Source: a virus | Taxonomy: Duplodnaviria; Caudoviricetes | Length of the DNA: 28,368 bases | Reading direction: 5' to 3' (one strand) | IMG/VR virus record: IMGVR_UViG_3300015050_000788 | Location: 1 to 28,368 of that record | Made by a program: the position numbers and the translations under genes | Shown here: piece by piece, positions 1 to 9,011 of the stretch | How positions within the stretch are numbered: position 1 is the first letter of the stretch | Layout: every line of letters begins with the position of its first letter | The notes under the pieces: model-generated | What the model was told of the DNA's origin: nothing | Seen by the model: the letters and a program-made list of their open reading frames with translations, nothing else | Databases searched by the model: none

Positions 1-1247
1 GGATAAGTGGCCTGCGTATAGACACCCTCTGATCCGTCAGAGCCAACAAGCAGGATCGGGATTGCTGAGGCTTGAGTTGTTTCAGCCCCAACGTGATCCA
101 GAGTCAACTGTCCATTGGCGATAGGACCAAGCCCGGACGCCCAGAAGGTAGCTACTGCCCCCGTCTCACGTGTTCCATAGAAACCACCGATGAAGTGAAG
201 GTCTCGATACCAATGAAGAGCCGCAGATGCGTAGAGCTGCCCCGTCATGGTGCACGCTATGATGTCCACGCCTGACACGTCCCCGCCGTTGCCGGTGTTG
301 TCGTAGTCAGTCCAGAGCCCGTAAGCGCCAGTTAAGCACCAGGAGTTGATGATGGCGCTTTCCGAGAGCGATTCCAGCTTGATGCCAATGTACCCGCGCC
401 GTGTTCGAATCCGTTCGATGGTTGCGAATCCGGCGTTGCGAATAGAAACGCCTCCTGAACCGATATCCCGTCCAATGTTGAAAATATCTAGGTCCTTGAT
501 GTTGACGTTCTGGATTCGATTTGAAGTGTAATCGCCGTAAGTGGCCTTTCCTTCAACAGTGATTCCAAAGTGAGTGGCGTTGGTCTTGATAATCAATGTC
601 GTTCCCAGTCCGTCACCAGTCAGCATTAACCGCGCATAGGGAGCCCAGTAATTGGAAACTGCTGGGTTGGTATTGGTGTATCCAAGTCTGGCCTGTGCTT
701 CGTCTAGTCGCTGAATCAACAGCGTCGACTCGAGAATGTACCCGCCTTCAGGAATGTAGACTTTCCCTCCCGGCCAATCGCGAGTGTAGCAGTAGTCAAT
801 CGCCGCCTGAATGGACGGTTGATCATCGCCGGCGTCATTAACCACGTCATTACTGTCCACCCAACTGGTTCCACGGGCGCCGAACTGCTTGACATTGACC
901 GCTCCATCGGTGACAAGATCCCAACTCTTAGCCCCACCGCTCGCCAAAATCCTTCCGCCATACGCATTTGTCCCAGCGATGGTGTTAGTCAAAACATACG
1001 TCCCTCCACCGCCATCGCCCGGCGAGTAATATCCAAGCACATCAACACCACTTCCATCCGGAACAAGCGCAATAGGCAACGCGCGTAACGCGGCCATGTT
1101 CGCAAGCTTACGATACTGTAAGTTCACGTTAAAGAACGTAGTGCCTTTGCCCTGTGTCACCATATTGGTGTTCACAGGAACGGTCGTAGACGTGACCGTT
1201 TGAGCGGCGGCGCTAAACGTTAACAGCAAAAACAGCAAAGTCTTCAT
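1..1247 (-). CDS. Tailspike / beta-helix depolymerase (runs off the window; 3' end missing), with N-terminal signal-peptide-like segment
   Basis: Not in the ORF track because there is no stop in the window. ATG at 1247 overlaps the upstream stop (ATGA). My translation reads MKTLLFLLLTFSAAAQTV...LGYYSPGDGGGGTY...VNVKQFGARG...DDQPSIQAAIDY...GGKVYIPEGGY, motifs typical of tailspike N-domains and pectate-lyase-like beta-helix caps. Confidence 0.85.
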   Translation of the reverse strand, partial: MKTLLFLLLTFSAAAQTVTSTTVPVNTNMVTQGKGTTFFNVNLQYRKLANMAALRALPIALVPDGSGVDVLGYYSPGDGGGGTYVLTNTIAGTNAYGGRILASGGAKSWDLVTDGAVNVKQFGARGTSWVDSNDVVNDAGDDQPSIQAAIDYCYTRDWPGGKVYIPEGGYILESTLLIQRLDEAQARLGYTNTNPAVSNYWAPYARLMLTGDGLGTTLIIKTNATHFGITVEGKATYGDYTSNRIQNVNIKDLDIFNIGRDIGSGGVSIRNAGFATIERIRTRRGYIGIKLESLSESAIINSWCLTGAYGLWTDYDNTGNGGDVSGVDIIACTMTGQLYASAALHWYRDLHFIGGFYGTRETGAVATFWASGLGPIANGQLTLDHVGAETTQASAIPILLVGSDGSEGVYTQATY

Positions 1248-1867
1248 GAGAAAGTTAGTGAAAGTCCAACGATGTTGAGAGCGGGAATGGAAGAAGGATT
1301 TCGATAACCCCAACGGACATAGTATGGAGGCCCACCAGACAGGCCGGAGATGGCTACGGTCGTTGTACGCGTACCGAACGTAGTTCCAAGGGCAAGATAT
1401 CCCGTTGAAAGCGGCGAGGCGAACGTAGCCGCCGCGGCAATCTCAAAGCCCACGTCGCAATCATTCGAGGTGTTGGTTTCTTGTTGAGTGTACGTAATGC
1501 GACAAATTGTCGGCGCGAAATCTAGAACAAAGATCGCGTAAGTGTTATTGACTACGTCTAGCGCGTAAGGAGTGAAAGAGGCGTTAAATGTCCCAAATGT
1601 AATTCCGACCGCGTAGTTTGACGGAACGGGTTGAAAGCTGACGTAATTGGTTGTTGCCGCCGCGGGTGTTACAGGCACCCACGCTGCACCGTTCCAACTC
1701 GGCACTTGTCCGGACGCGGCGGAGGACTGCGTTAGTTGTGATAAAGCGACAGGCAAGCCGGCGTAAAGTTCCGTGAAGTTCAGATTACACTTATCGAACG
1801 CGTCGCGGAGCGGATCTCCGGTGCTGTCGTTCGGAACTGTGCCGATGTTAATGGTTTGTTGGGGCAT
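1244..1867 (-). CDS. Short tail fibre / baseplate-attached protein with T4 gp9/gp10-like N-terminal domain
   Basis: N-terminus MPQQTINIGTVPNDSTGDPLRDAFDKCNLNFTELY resembles the gp9/gp10 N-terminal motif (INIG..DGTGD.LR....N.NF.ELY); GQVPSWNGAAWVP fibre motif follows. Confidence 0.7.
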   Translation of the reverse strand: MPQQTINIGTVPNDSTGDPLRDAFDKCNLNFTELYAGLPVALSQLTQSSAASGQVPSWNGAAWVPVTPAAATTNYVSFQPVPSNYAVGITFGTFNASFTPYALDVVNNTYAIFVLDFAPTICRITYTQQETNTSNDCDVGFEIAAAATFASPLSTGYLALGTTFGTRTTTVAISGLSGGPPYYVRWGYRNPSSIPALNIVGLSLTFS

Positions 1868-1870
1868 AAA

Positions 1871-2182
1871 TTAAAGATTTTTTGCCATCTCCGCTTTGAT
1901 CTTCGTGTAAACTGGATCTGATTTAGTAAAAGTCGAAACGTGGGTGAAGTAGAAAAGCTCGCCCGCTGTAAGCGTCGAGATAGCTGCTCTAAGTTCTGCG
2001 AGTCGTCCTTTGGCGATAGCACCGTGAATTAAATCCTCTTTGAAAATAGGCGGGTCAGGATCAACGACCGGAGCTGGCGGCGTGTAGGTCTCCCAAAGAT
2101 TACGCTTAGGATGATTAGCAAATACGACATCGTTAAATTCTCGAATGTCGCTATGATCTGCAATGCGGCGATAAAGTCCCAT
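1871..2182 (-). CDS. Hypothetical protein in the tail-fibre cluster
   Basis: ATG at 2182 (MGLYRR) lies just after the upstream stop and is preferred over the track start at 2209; tight gene packing. Confidence 0.6.
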   Translation of the reverse strand: MGLYRRIADHSDIREFNDVVFANHPKRNLWETYTPPAPVVDPDPPIFKEDLIHGAIAKGRLAELRAAISTLTAGELFYFTHVSTFTKSDPVYTKIKAEMAKNL

Positions 2183-2183
2183 A

Positions 2184-2816
2184 TCAGTAAATGCGTGGAT
2201 GAGTGGCAACTGTAATTCCAGCTGTGGTTAACGCAAGCCCGCCGCGCACGTCGATAATCTCGCGGACGAGTGGAGTGTAAAATCGAAGTGACTGCGGTCG
2301 GATTTGATCAGGACGGAATCCCTTAGCGAGTGCGGCGATTTCGTCTGCGTTTAGAGCGACGTTCCAAATTCCCACCTCTGCAATTATGACTGTCGCCGTT
2401 GACCCCCACGCTCCTCCGGTTCGGTTGTTTCCAACGATAACTGTATCAACCCCTGTCGGTGATCTTGAAGTCGTGTTTGACGCTGCGCTTCCTCCGTTTA
2501 TGTACGCAGTCCTGCTTGTGGTGGTAGTAAATACTCCGCACGCATGGGTCCATGTATTTGCGCTGTATCCAGTGGACGATGAGGCGAATGCGTAAGACGC
2601 GCCCGCTGAAGCACCCGCTCTAACTGGGTCTCCAGCGGTTGCCCCGGCTGCCATCATTAGGAATCCATTGGTTCCACTGAACTGGTTAAGCGCCATTAGA
2701 ACAAAATCTCCAGTGATATTAGGTGCATTAAACCAACACGCCATAGTCAATGGAACAGCGGTAGCAGGCGCTGTACTTGTGTTGTAGATCTGTCCGCTAG
2801 CAATTGTCTGTGCCAT
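2184..2816 (-). CDS. LamG / concanavalin A-like lectin domain virion protein
   Basis: TMACWFN...WTHACGVF...YINGG...IAEVGIWNVALNADEIAALA matches the Laminin_G_3 pattern. Confidence 0.8.
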   Translation of the reverse strand: MAQTIASGQIYNTSTAPATAVPLTMACWFNAPNITGDFVLMALNQFSGTNGFLMMAAGATAGDPVRAGASAGASYAFASSSTGYSANTWTHACGVFTTTTSRTAYINGGSAASNTTSRSPTGVDTVIVGNNRTGGAWGSTATVIIAEVGIWNVALNADEIAALAKGFRPDQIRPQSLRFYTPLVREIIDVRGGLALTTAGITVATHPRIY

Positions 2817-2817
2817 A

Positions 2818-4641
2818 TTACGCTGCGCTCCTTATTTCGACTGCAATCAATTCAGCATCACCAGTCATTGTGTCAGCTCCATCGCTGGTGTCTCGATATA
2901 CTTTCAACCGGTAAGCATCACCGGCAGCCATGCTGTCAATCGTGGTGATAGTAATAGAAGTCATCGCCGTCTCTCCACTTGTTCCCTCGGTGGTTGTTGT
3001 GGCTTCGGCAGCAGTATCGAAAGAATCAGAGTCGTTGTCCGTTGTAGCATTCATCACCATGAATGCAACACCCCAGCGACAATCACCAGATGTAGCAGTG
3101 GTTGCCATCCAATGAAGCCTAACAATCAGACCAGACCCAAGAGAAGCGGCTTCAACCATAATGCCGTTGAAGATTGCGGCTTCTTCTGTGGTGTCGTCGA
3201 AATCAAGAACAGCAATGCTGTTGCGGGTGTCTAGCGTTGCAAAGGCAGAAGCGGGAGGTTGATTTTCCAGAGGCGTAAATACCGCATACGTCTTTGTGCC
3301 ACCACCTCCGCCGCCGGCCGCCTGAAACGTCGGCAAAGCTCCAGCGCCGTTGGATGTCAGGACTTGTCCAGCTGTGCCTACGCTAGCGATTGATTGAACG
3401 GCACCGGTTGATGTTGTTCCGCCACAGATCACCGCGTAGGCAGTAAGACTTGCAGCACCAGTTCCTCCTCCTGCAACAGGAAGACCTGTGGCGTTAGTAA
3501 GTGTCAGTGCTGACGGAGTTCCAAGATTGGGTGTGGTTAGCGTAGGAGATGTAGCAAATACTAATGCTCCAGAACCTGTTTCGTCGGTTACTGCCGCGGC
3601 AAGGTTAGCGGACGACGGCGTTGCTAGAAAGGTTGCAACGTTAGTTCCAAGTCCGGTGATCGAACTAACGGCCGGGGTTATGGTTGTGTTTCCTGCCGCA
3701 GTCAACAGACCCTTAGCATTAACAGTGAAAGTTCCAACTTGTGTAGCGGAACCAAACGAACCAACGTTGGCGTTGACGGTTGCAAGCGTTACAGCAAAAG
3801 AACCAGTACCACTTCCTGTTGCATCGCCTGTGAGGGTTATTGTTTGATCACCGGTGTTTGTCCCACTTACAGTAGCGTTCGCGGCGGCAGTCAACGTAAA
3901 AGTTGACAAGCTCAACGTACCGCTTCCGGACGAGATAGTCTGTCCGTTAACCGTTGTTGGAGTAATCGCCCCGAGCGTAAGAGTAATTGCCGGCGTCGTG
4001 GTTGCGTTTGCAACTGAACCACTGACGCCATTGGCTGTGACTACGGAGACGGTTGTGACAGAACCTCCACCAGAAGGCGTTGCCCACGTTCCATCACCGC
4101 GCCAGAAGGTTGAGGCTGAGGCGGATGTTCCTGAGTTTAGATTGCCGACAGGAAGATTTCCGCTTACTTGACTTGCCAACGCTACATTCTGTAATGCCCA
4201 AGTATTAACGCCTGTCCGTTGAAGAACACCCGTTCCAGTTAACGCGCCGATCGCAGTAAGGTCTGCGTCTAGCGGTTGTGAAGCGGCCTGGGCCGCGGCC
4301 GCGGAACCAGCGACATCATAGAGAGAAGAAAGCGAAGGAATGTCTGCGAGGACAAGAGTACGAAAAGCCGCAGTTGCTGCTGCACCAGTCGTCGGACCGG
4401 CCCAAACTGTGTTGGCGTTTTGAACGGCGACGGTAAACGTCAGCGTTCCGGTTGTAGTTACTGGAGAACCACTGACATTGAAAATGTTGGGCGCGGCCAG
4501 TCCAACCGATAATACAGTTCCGAGTCCTCCGGACGAGTAAAGCTCGGTAAAGTTGTCATTACACTTAATGAACGAGTCACGAAGTGTATCGCCCGTACCG
4601 TCGTTTGGCGCTGCGCCTACGTTGATGATCTCTTGTGGCAT
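2818..4641 (-). CDS. Long tail fibre protein with T4 gp9/gp10-like N-terminus
   Basis: [35 protein letters not shown] start; T/G/A/S-rich fibre motifs ([38 protein letters not shown]); Gly linker before a C-terminal domain. Confidence 0.8.
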   Translation of the reverse strand: MPQEIINVGAAPNDGTGDTLRDSFIKCNDNFTELYSSGGLGTVLSVGLAAPNIFNVSGSPVTTTGTLTFTVAVQNANTVWAGPTTGAAATAAFRTLVLADIPSLSSLYDVAGSAAAAQAASQPLDADLTAIGALTGTGVLQRTGVNTWALQNVALASQVSGNLPVGNLNSGTSASASTFWRGDGTWATPSGGGSVTTVSVVTANGVSGSVANATTTPAITLTLGAITPTTVNGQTISSGSGTLSLSTFTLTAAANATVSGTNTGDQTITLTGDATGSGTGSFAVTLATVNANVGSFGSATQVGTFTVNAKGLLTAAGNTTITPAVSSITGLGTNVATFLATPSSANLAAAVTDETGSGALVFATSPTLTTPNLGTPSALTLTNATGLPVAGGGTGAASLTAYAVICGGTTSTGAVQSIASVGTAGQVLTSNGAGALPTFQAAGGGGGGTKTYAVFTPLENQPPASAFATLDTRNSIAVLDFDDTTEEAAIFNGIMVEAASLGSGLIVRLHWMATTATSGDCRWGVAFMVMNATTDNDSDSFDTAAEATTTTEGTSGETAMTSITITTIDSMAAGDAYRLKVYRDTSDGADTMTGDAELIAVEIRSAA

Positions 4642-5198
4642 TAGAAGTCGTAGTCAGCGGTGTAAGTCGTAAGATCGGCGGTCAGGATTGTAGTATCTGC
4701 GCGGTAAATAACAGTCGGATTATCACAAACAAGGGCCACACTAAGGCCGCCAGCTTCATCATCGAAAATCCACGGCGCACAATAGTCAGACGTTGTGACA
4801 TTGATGATGCGATAAGTCGGCGGGGTTGTGGAAGTATCGCTGTCGTTGTTATTGTTGTACGTCTGGCCGACCGACAAGAAGCCCGGAACGGGCGGATCGA
4901 ATATTCCAACGACTGTGAAGAACGTTCCAGTGTCGAAGTTCTTAAGTTGCAGACAATTCGTTGCAACGACTTGATAGTTTCCATCCAGTGCAGGTTCGCC
5001 CGCGGGCCCGATTGCCATTTGCGGATTGGTGTCATCGCCGATGATGAACACTGTGTACCAGACACCCTGGAAAGACTTAACCTGGAACTGATCTCCGCTA
5101 ATGCGGACGTTTTGCCATACAGCTTGATCAATAGGAACGACAGCGATGACCGTGTAAGGGGCATTCGCTCGTCGCCATTTGAGATTGTATGTAGGCAT
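4641..5198 (-). CDS. Putative structural protein
   Basis: Beta-rich ORF coupled to the fibre gene (TAATG overlap); C-terminal [17 protein letters not shown] repeat. Confidence 0.6.
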   Translation of the reverse strand: MPTYNLKWRRANAPYTVIAVVPIDQAVWQNVRISGDQFQVKSFQGVWYTVFIIGDDTNPQMAIGPAGEPALDGNYQVVATNCLQLKNFDTGTFFTVVGIFDPPVPGFLSVGQTYNNNNDSDTSTTPPTYRIINVTTSDYCAPWIFDDEAGGLSVALVCDNPTVIYRADTTILTADLTTYTADYDF

Positions 5199-5203
5199 AT
5201 GCT

Positions 5204-5233
5204 AAAAGGAACATTCGGCTGAACCGAATGTTC
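5204..5233 (-). terminator. Intrinsic terminator after the capsid gene and its partner
   Basis: Perfect 10-bp inverted repeat GAACATTCGG (5209-5218) / CCGAATGTTC (5224-5233), followed on the minus strand by CTTTT. Confidence 0.7.
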
Positions 5234-5248
5234 GTGTTTAGAACACGC

Positions 5249-5749
5249 TTACAACTGAGGAACGTAGGTAATGCTGTAAGAAGCAGTACCAACCGTGCGA
5301 ACAGTCAAGCCGCGCGACACGCCGAGCGGCATCGAAGCGTCGTCAGGAGTGACGATGCCGGACGCAGGAACGATCGTGTAGAACACGCGGTTCGCTTCGT
5401 TCGTGGCCGCGGCGACAGTGTAGGTGTAAGGATACAAGACCGTGTTAGTTAAGCTCACAGACACACCAGTCGACGCGGTGTACGTAGAAACGCGGTTAGT
5501 TAGATAAGAACCCGCCGCGGTATAAGACGGACGGACGATGTTAGTCGAGGACGCGGAGTTGTTGTCGTAGAAGACAACAGCGTTCGCGGCGCCAGACGTA
5601 TCATAGACCGTCAGCGAAACAATGCTCGCAGGCGTGGAGAGAAGCAAGGTCGTAGTCGCGGCGCTGATAGTGCCAGACTTAGTGACCTGCCCGAAGACTG
5701 CGCTCAGTGAAAGAAACGCAGCCGCAAACAGTACGAATAGTTTATTCAT
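5249..5749 (-). CDS. Capsid-operon protein (possible decoration protein) with signal-peptide-like N-terminus
   Basis: ATG at 5749, 4 nt after the MCP stop; MNKLFVLFAAAFLSLSAVFG|QVTK followed by an S/T-rich beta-type sequence. Confidence 0.7.
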   Translation of the reverse strand: MNKLFVLFAAAFLSLSAVFGQVTKSGTISAATTTLLLSTPASIVSLTVYDTSGAANAVVFYDNNSASSTNIVRPSYTAAGSYLTNRVSTYTASTGVSVSLTNTVLYPYTYTVAAATNEANRVFYTIVPASGIVTPDDASMPLGVSRGLTVRTVGTASYSITYVPQL

Positions 5750-5753
5750 GTGA

Positions 5754-7055
5754 TTAGACAGTTGCAGCCAACGAAGGAGCGAGCAAGCGACGATACACGA
5801 CAGGAATGGCGTTACGAGCCGTCTTAGGCAAGTAGCCAACCGTCACGTGAGAGATAAGCTGAACGTATTCAGCGTATTTGTTGGAGTCGTAAACTCCGCT
5901 GCCATAGTTAACCAGAACGTCGTCCGTGAGGATGACTTCGCCATTCCAGCGCATCTTGTTGAACTTCGACGTGGAGATGGACGCCTGGTTAAAAGGTGCG
6001 GGCGGCGGGCCGACGGGCAAGTCTTGACCGGCTTCATCACCTTCAAACACAGCGACGGCGTAAGGAGCCTGCGTGTAGGAAGGATTCGGCTGGGTCTCGT
6101 AATTGTACGTGGTGCCGTAGGTGATGTCAGCGAGTTCGACTTCGATTTCAGGCTGAGGAAACACGCCATCAACATCGAAGCGAAGCGCAGAGCCTTGCCA
6201 TTCTTGAAGGAACGTCACGTTGTCGCTGATGACGCCGGCAAAACCGGAGTTCAACAGGTTCATCGCGAGCGGCTTAACGTTCAACACATGAGTGTCGAAC
6301 TGAAGCGCATTGTAAACGCCAGACTCCGCAGTAAGCATGAACTTACCGCGTTGAATTGCGTTTTCGCCGGGCTTACCAGGCATTCCACCCCAAGGAATAA
6401 TACCAGCAACGGTTTCGGCGTAGTCACGGACTGCGCAGATGTTGCGGAAGTCAAGGAATCCCGCGCGGTCAGGTCCGACTTTAGCGCCCATTGCGGCCCA
6501 GAACGCAGCATCCTTCGGAGAAGAAGCAGCAGTCGGTTCGCCGGCAACGCAAGGAATGTAAGGACTTTCGCCCGCGGTGTTATTGCCAACGATGTAGATG
6601 TTCGGAGCGTAGTTGACCACATTCCAACGAGTAAAGTCGTCGTAGAAGAATGCGATCTGCCGCGTGAGATCTTTGTTCGCGAAGTTGATCTGACCGGTCC
6701 GGAAGTCAGCGAAACTCGGAACCCAGTTGAACTGGAACGATTCGAAGTATTCGTGTTTCGGACGGCCGGAATTATTACGCTCGTAATTGCTTACGACGTT
6801 GCGATTGCCCTGCGCCGTCAAGTTCTGCGGCGTAGCATACTGCCGAGACTTCGGCGAGTACTGAGGCACGATGCCAACAAGGGTGTCGCCCATGTTGGGT
6901 TTCCAATCCATTTTCGGGTACTTGTTCTTCCACCGAGAATAGTGTTCGTAATACTTGACCTGCTGCGTTGCCATCCAAACGGGCATACGAGTGTATAGCC
7001 CGTTATCCTGAACGGTCTGCAACAAGGTCGTACCAACATTAAATGATACTGGCAT
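5754..7055 (-). CDS. Major capsid protein (putative)
   Basis: 433 aa, downstream of portal and scaffold, strong codon bias, structured leader. The call rests on synteny and size, not on a recognised motif. Confidence 0.7.
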   Translation of the reverse strand: MPVSFNVGTTLLQTVQDNGLYTRMPVWMATQQVKYYEHYSRWKNKYPKMDWKPNMGDTLVGIVPQYSPKSRQYATPQNLTAQGNRNVVSNYERNNSGRPKHEYFESFQFNWVPSFADFRTGQINFANKDLTRQIAFFYDDFTRWNVVNYAPNIYIVGNNTAGESPYIPCVAGEPTAASSPKDAAFWAAMGAKVGPDRAGFLDFRNICAVRDYAETVAGIIPWGGMPGKPGENAIQRGKFMLTAESGVYNALQFDTHVLNVKPLAMNLLNSGFAGVISDNVTFLQEWQGSALRFDVDGVFPQPEIEVELADITYGTTYNYETQPNPSYTQAPYAVAVFEGDEAGQDLPVGPPPAPFNQASISTSKFNKMRWNGEVILTDDVLVNYGSGVYDSNKYAEYVQLISHVTVGYLPKTARNAIPVVYRRLLAPSLAATV

Positions 7056-7083
7056 GTTTTAGTGTGAGTTGAGGTTAACTACC

Positions 7084-7162
7084 AAAAAAAGCAAAAACGC
7101 CAACGACTGTTCAAAGAAAACGAGGACTGTGATTCCCGGTTTGCCTTGAGCGCCGTTGGCGT
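7084..7162 (-). promoter_or_regulatory. Long stem-loop plus U-tract in the capsid gene leader
   Basis: Minus strand ACGCCAACGGC / GTCGTTGGCGT (11 bp, one G-U) and TCAAGG / CTTTGA, followed by TTTTGCTTTTTTT. Confidence 0.6.
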
Positions 7163-7215
7163 CTCGTAGCACAGCGAGGCGTTGCCTGCTGGATATGGTC
7201 GTTAGCGAAGTTCGC

Positions 7216-7476
7216 TTACGGTTTTTGTGACGCAGGATTCATGCCAGACGGCACGGCCGAGGCTCGGATCAAGTCGCTGGCTTCGGCCTGAATTGCGCGG
7301 ATCTTATCTTTGAAGTTTTCTAGCTGCGGAGCTTGAATTCCTTCTAAGGCCTTTTCGAGATCTTGTCGGAATGCTTCGCCGCCGCGAATTACTACGTTTA
7401 GGCGCGACGGGACGTTAACTGTCGCGCGGCCTTTCAGTGCGCCTACATGTCCTTGGTAATTGAATTCAATTGGCAT
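7216..7476 (-). CDS. Hypothetical protein
   Basis: 86-aa ORF starting 4 nt after the scaffold stop. Confidence 0.65.
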   Translation of the reverse strand: MPIEFNYQGHVGALKGRATVNVPSRLNVVIRGGEAFRQDLEKALEGIQAPQLENFKDKIRAIQAEASDLIRASAVPSGMNPASQKP

Positions 7477-7480
7477 ATGC

Positions 7481-8830
7481 TTATTCGTGTTCGATAGGGA
7501 TCATGTCGTCAGCTTGTCCGTCACGTTCGCCCGCGGCAGGAATTCGAGTGTTCTGAGAGCGTGACTTTCCGGCCGCATTTGACTTAGCGCGGTCGAGTTC
7601 TTTCTTCCACTTAATTCCTTGACGGGCGATTCGCTGCGTAACGACATATAACCGTTTTGTAAACTCGGTCGCAGGGTGTTTTGCAAACGATGGATCAATC
7701 TCCGCAACCATATCTCCCGCGAGTTTGTAGTTTTCTGCGTCTTCGCCTTCGAGTTTCGCCGGATCGACGTTCGGAAACATTTTCTTTTGATGTTCCTCAA
7801 CGGCCTGAAGCGACTGTTTGCGCTTCGCCTGATAAGTTGTAATGAGTTCGTGCGCTTTTGACTGCACGGAATCGAGTTGGGCTTGGGCGCGATTAAGAGC
7901 CTTTTGGACGGCTATCTTGGATTGAATGTCTACGCGTCCATTTTCCGGCGCGGGAACGACTTTGTACTGCGGCGCACCTTTGTCATCGTAACCCATGAAT
8001 TCTTTCCACGGTTCTCCGTTCTCGATCGCAGCAAGTTGGCGTTCGTGGTGTGAGACTTCGTGTTCGTACGCGTGGAAGGCGTCGGTGACTTTGGGCCACT
8101 CAGGCGAGAGCAAGTAGCCATCGGGGTGTTCGTAATGGAACGAAGGGATTTTGCTGGCCGCTTCACGCAATTTGGGAAGTTCTTCCATCGCGGCCTGGTA
8201 CTTAGGCGCAAGCTGTTCGAACTTAGCGAACAAGTGGTTCGGGAGCGCGCGGGCAATCTCTAGCATCTCGGGATCACGGAACTTGCTGTAGTCTCGCGAA
8301 CCTTTTTTGGCCGGCGCCACGGCGGCGGGCAGGGTTTCATCTTCGTCGGCGGAGTCGTCGCCGGGCTCGCCGAGGTCGTCCTCTAACGTGCGTTTCTTGT
8401 CGGCCGGAGGTGCTTCACCATTTAGATCTCCGTCGTCTGTGTCGTTATCGGACTGTTGTGCCAAGTCTCCACCGCCTTCGGCGGGGTCATCTTTAGGAGC
8501 CTTCTTGTCTCCCTTAAGACTGTCAGCGTCCAGCGTTGGAAACTTGACGCCGTCAATTGGAATCTCTTTACTCCGCCGCGAACCTTGCTCTGTGCGTGTC
8601 GGCGCCGAGGGCTCGGAGTATCCAAGATCTCCGTCGTCAAGAGAGATCTGTTCGTCTGGAACGTTCGCGGGCTGTTTGCTTTGAATGCGTTCGAACTTCG
8701 CCTGCGCGTTTGGTGCTCGCGCGGGACCGCGCGAAGTAAAGCTACGCGCTGGTGTTGAGGGTGCGGGAGCCTGTTGAGGCGCCGGCGGCGCCATTGGCGT
8801 CGGTGCGGCGGTTGGAGCGTTAACTTTCAT
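7481..8830 (-). CDS. Capsid scaffolding-like protein
   Basis: Pro/acidic disordered N-terminal half and helical coiled-coil C-terminal half; located between portal and MCP. Confidence 0.65.
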   Translation of the reverse strand: MKVNAPTAAPTPMAPPAPQQAPAPSTPARSFTSRGPARAPNAQAKFERIQSKQPANVPDEQISLDDGDLGYSEPSAPTRTEQGSRRSKEIPIDGVKFPTLDADSLKGDKKAPKDDPAEGGGDLAQQSDNDTDDGDLNGEAPPADKKRTLEDDLGEPGDDSADEDETLPAAVAPAKKGSRDYSKFRDPEMLEIARALPNHLFAKFEQLAPKYQAAMEELPKLREAASKIPSFHYEHPDGYLLSPEWPKVTDAFHAYEHEVSHHERQLAAIENGEPWKEFMGYDDKGAPQYKVVPAPENGRVDIQSKIAVQKALNRAQAQLDSVQSKAHELITTYQAKRKQSLQAVEEHQKKMFPNVDPAKLEGEDAENYKLAGDMVAEIDPSFAKHPATEFTKRLYVVTQRIARQGIKWKKELDRAKSNAAGKSRSQNTRIPAAGERDGQADDMIPIEHE

Positions 8831-9011
8831 GGATTTGGTCGAGTACTTGTTTTAGTGTTGATGTTACTGCAAGGCAATATGCCACATGAGACATGTCACC
8901 TTTTGCGCACGCCGCTTCGGCGTTCTCGTGAAAAGAACTACGCAGATTTCGCAGTTCTTCGGCAAAGATTTGGGTTTCAGGATGCCTGCGCCACAGTTCC
9001 CGCTGCGTCAT
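8820..9011 (-). CDS. Small hypothetical protein after portal
   Basis: Likely start MTQRELWRRHP at 9011; bridges the portal end and the scaffold start. Confidence 0.5.
   Translation of the reverse strand: MTQRELWRRHPETQIFAEELRNLRSSFHENAEAACAKGDMSHVAYCLAVTSTLKQVLDQIHES

Noticed and set aside
5660-5675. TGGCACTATCAGCGCC (minus), GG-N10-GC
   Set aside because: Lies inside a coding region and lacks the GCT ending shared by all accepted sites; probably chance.
5847-6998. Long antisense ORF opposite the capsid gene (likewise 21658-22356)
   Set aside because: Shadow frames expected from strong codon bias on the coding strand.
7120-7150. GGCAAACC in the capsid leader as a c-di-GMP-I riboswitch
   Set aside because: No GNRA-capped stem or downstream conserved segments of that aptamer.
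8868-8884. TGGCATATTGCCTTGCA on the minus strand upstream of the scaffold gene as a sigma54 promoter
   Set aside because: Spacing is GG-N11-GC; sigma54 needs N10.
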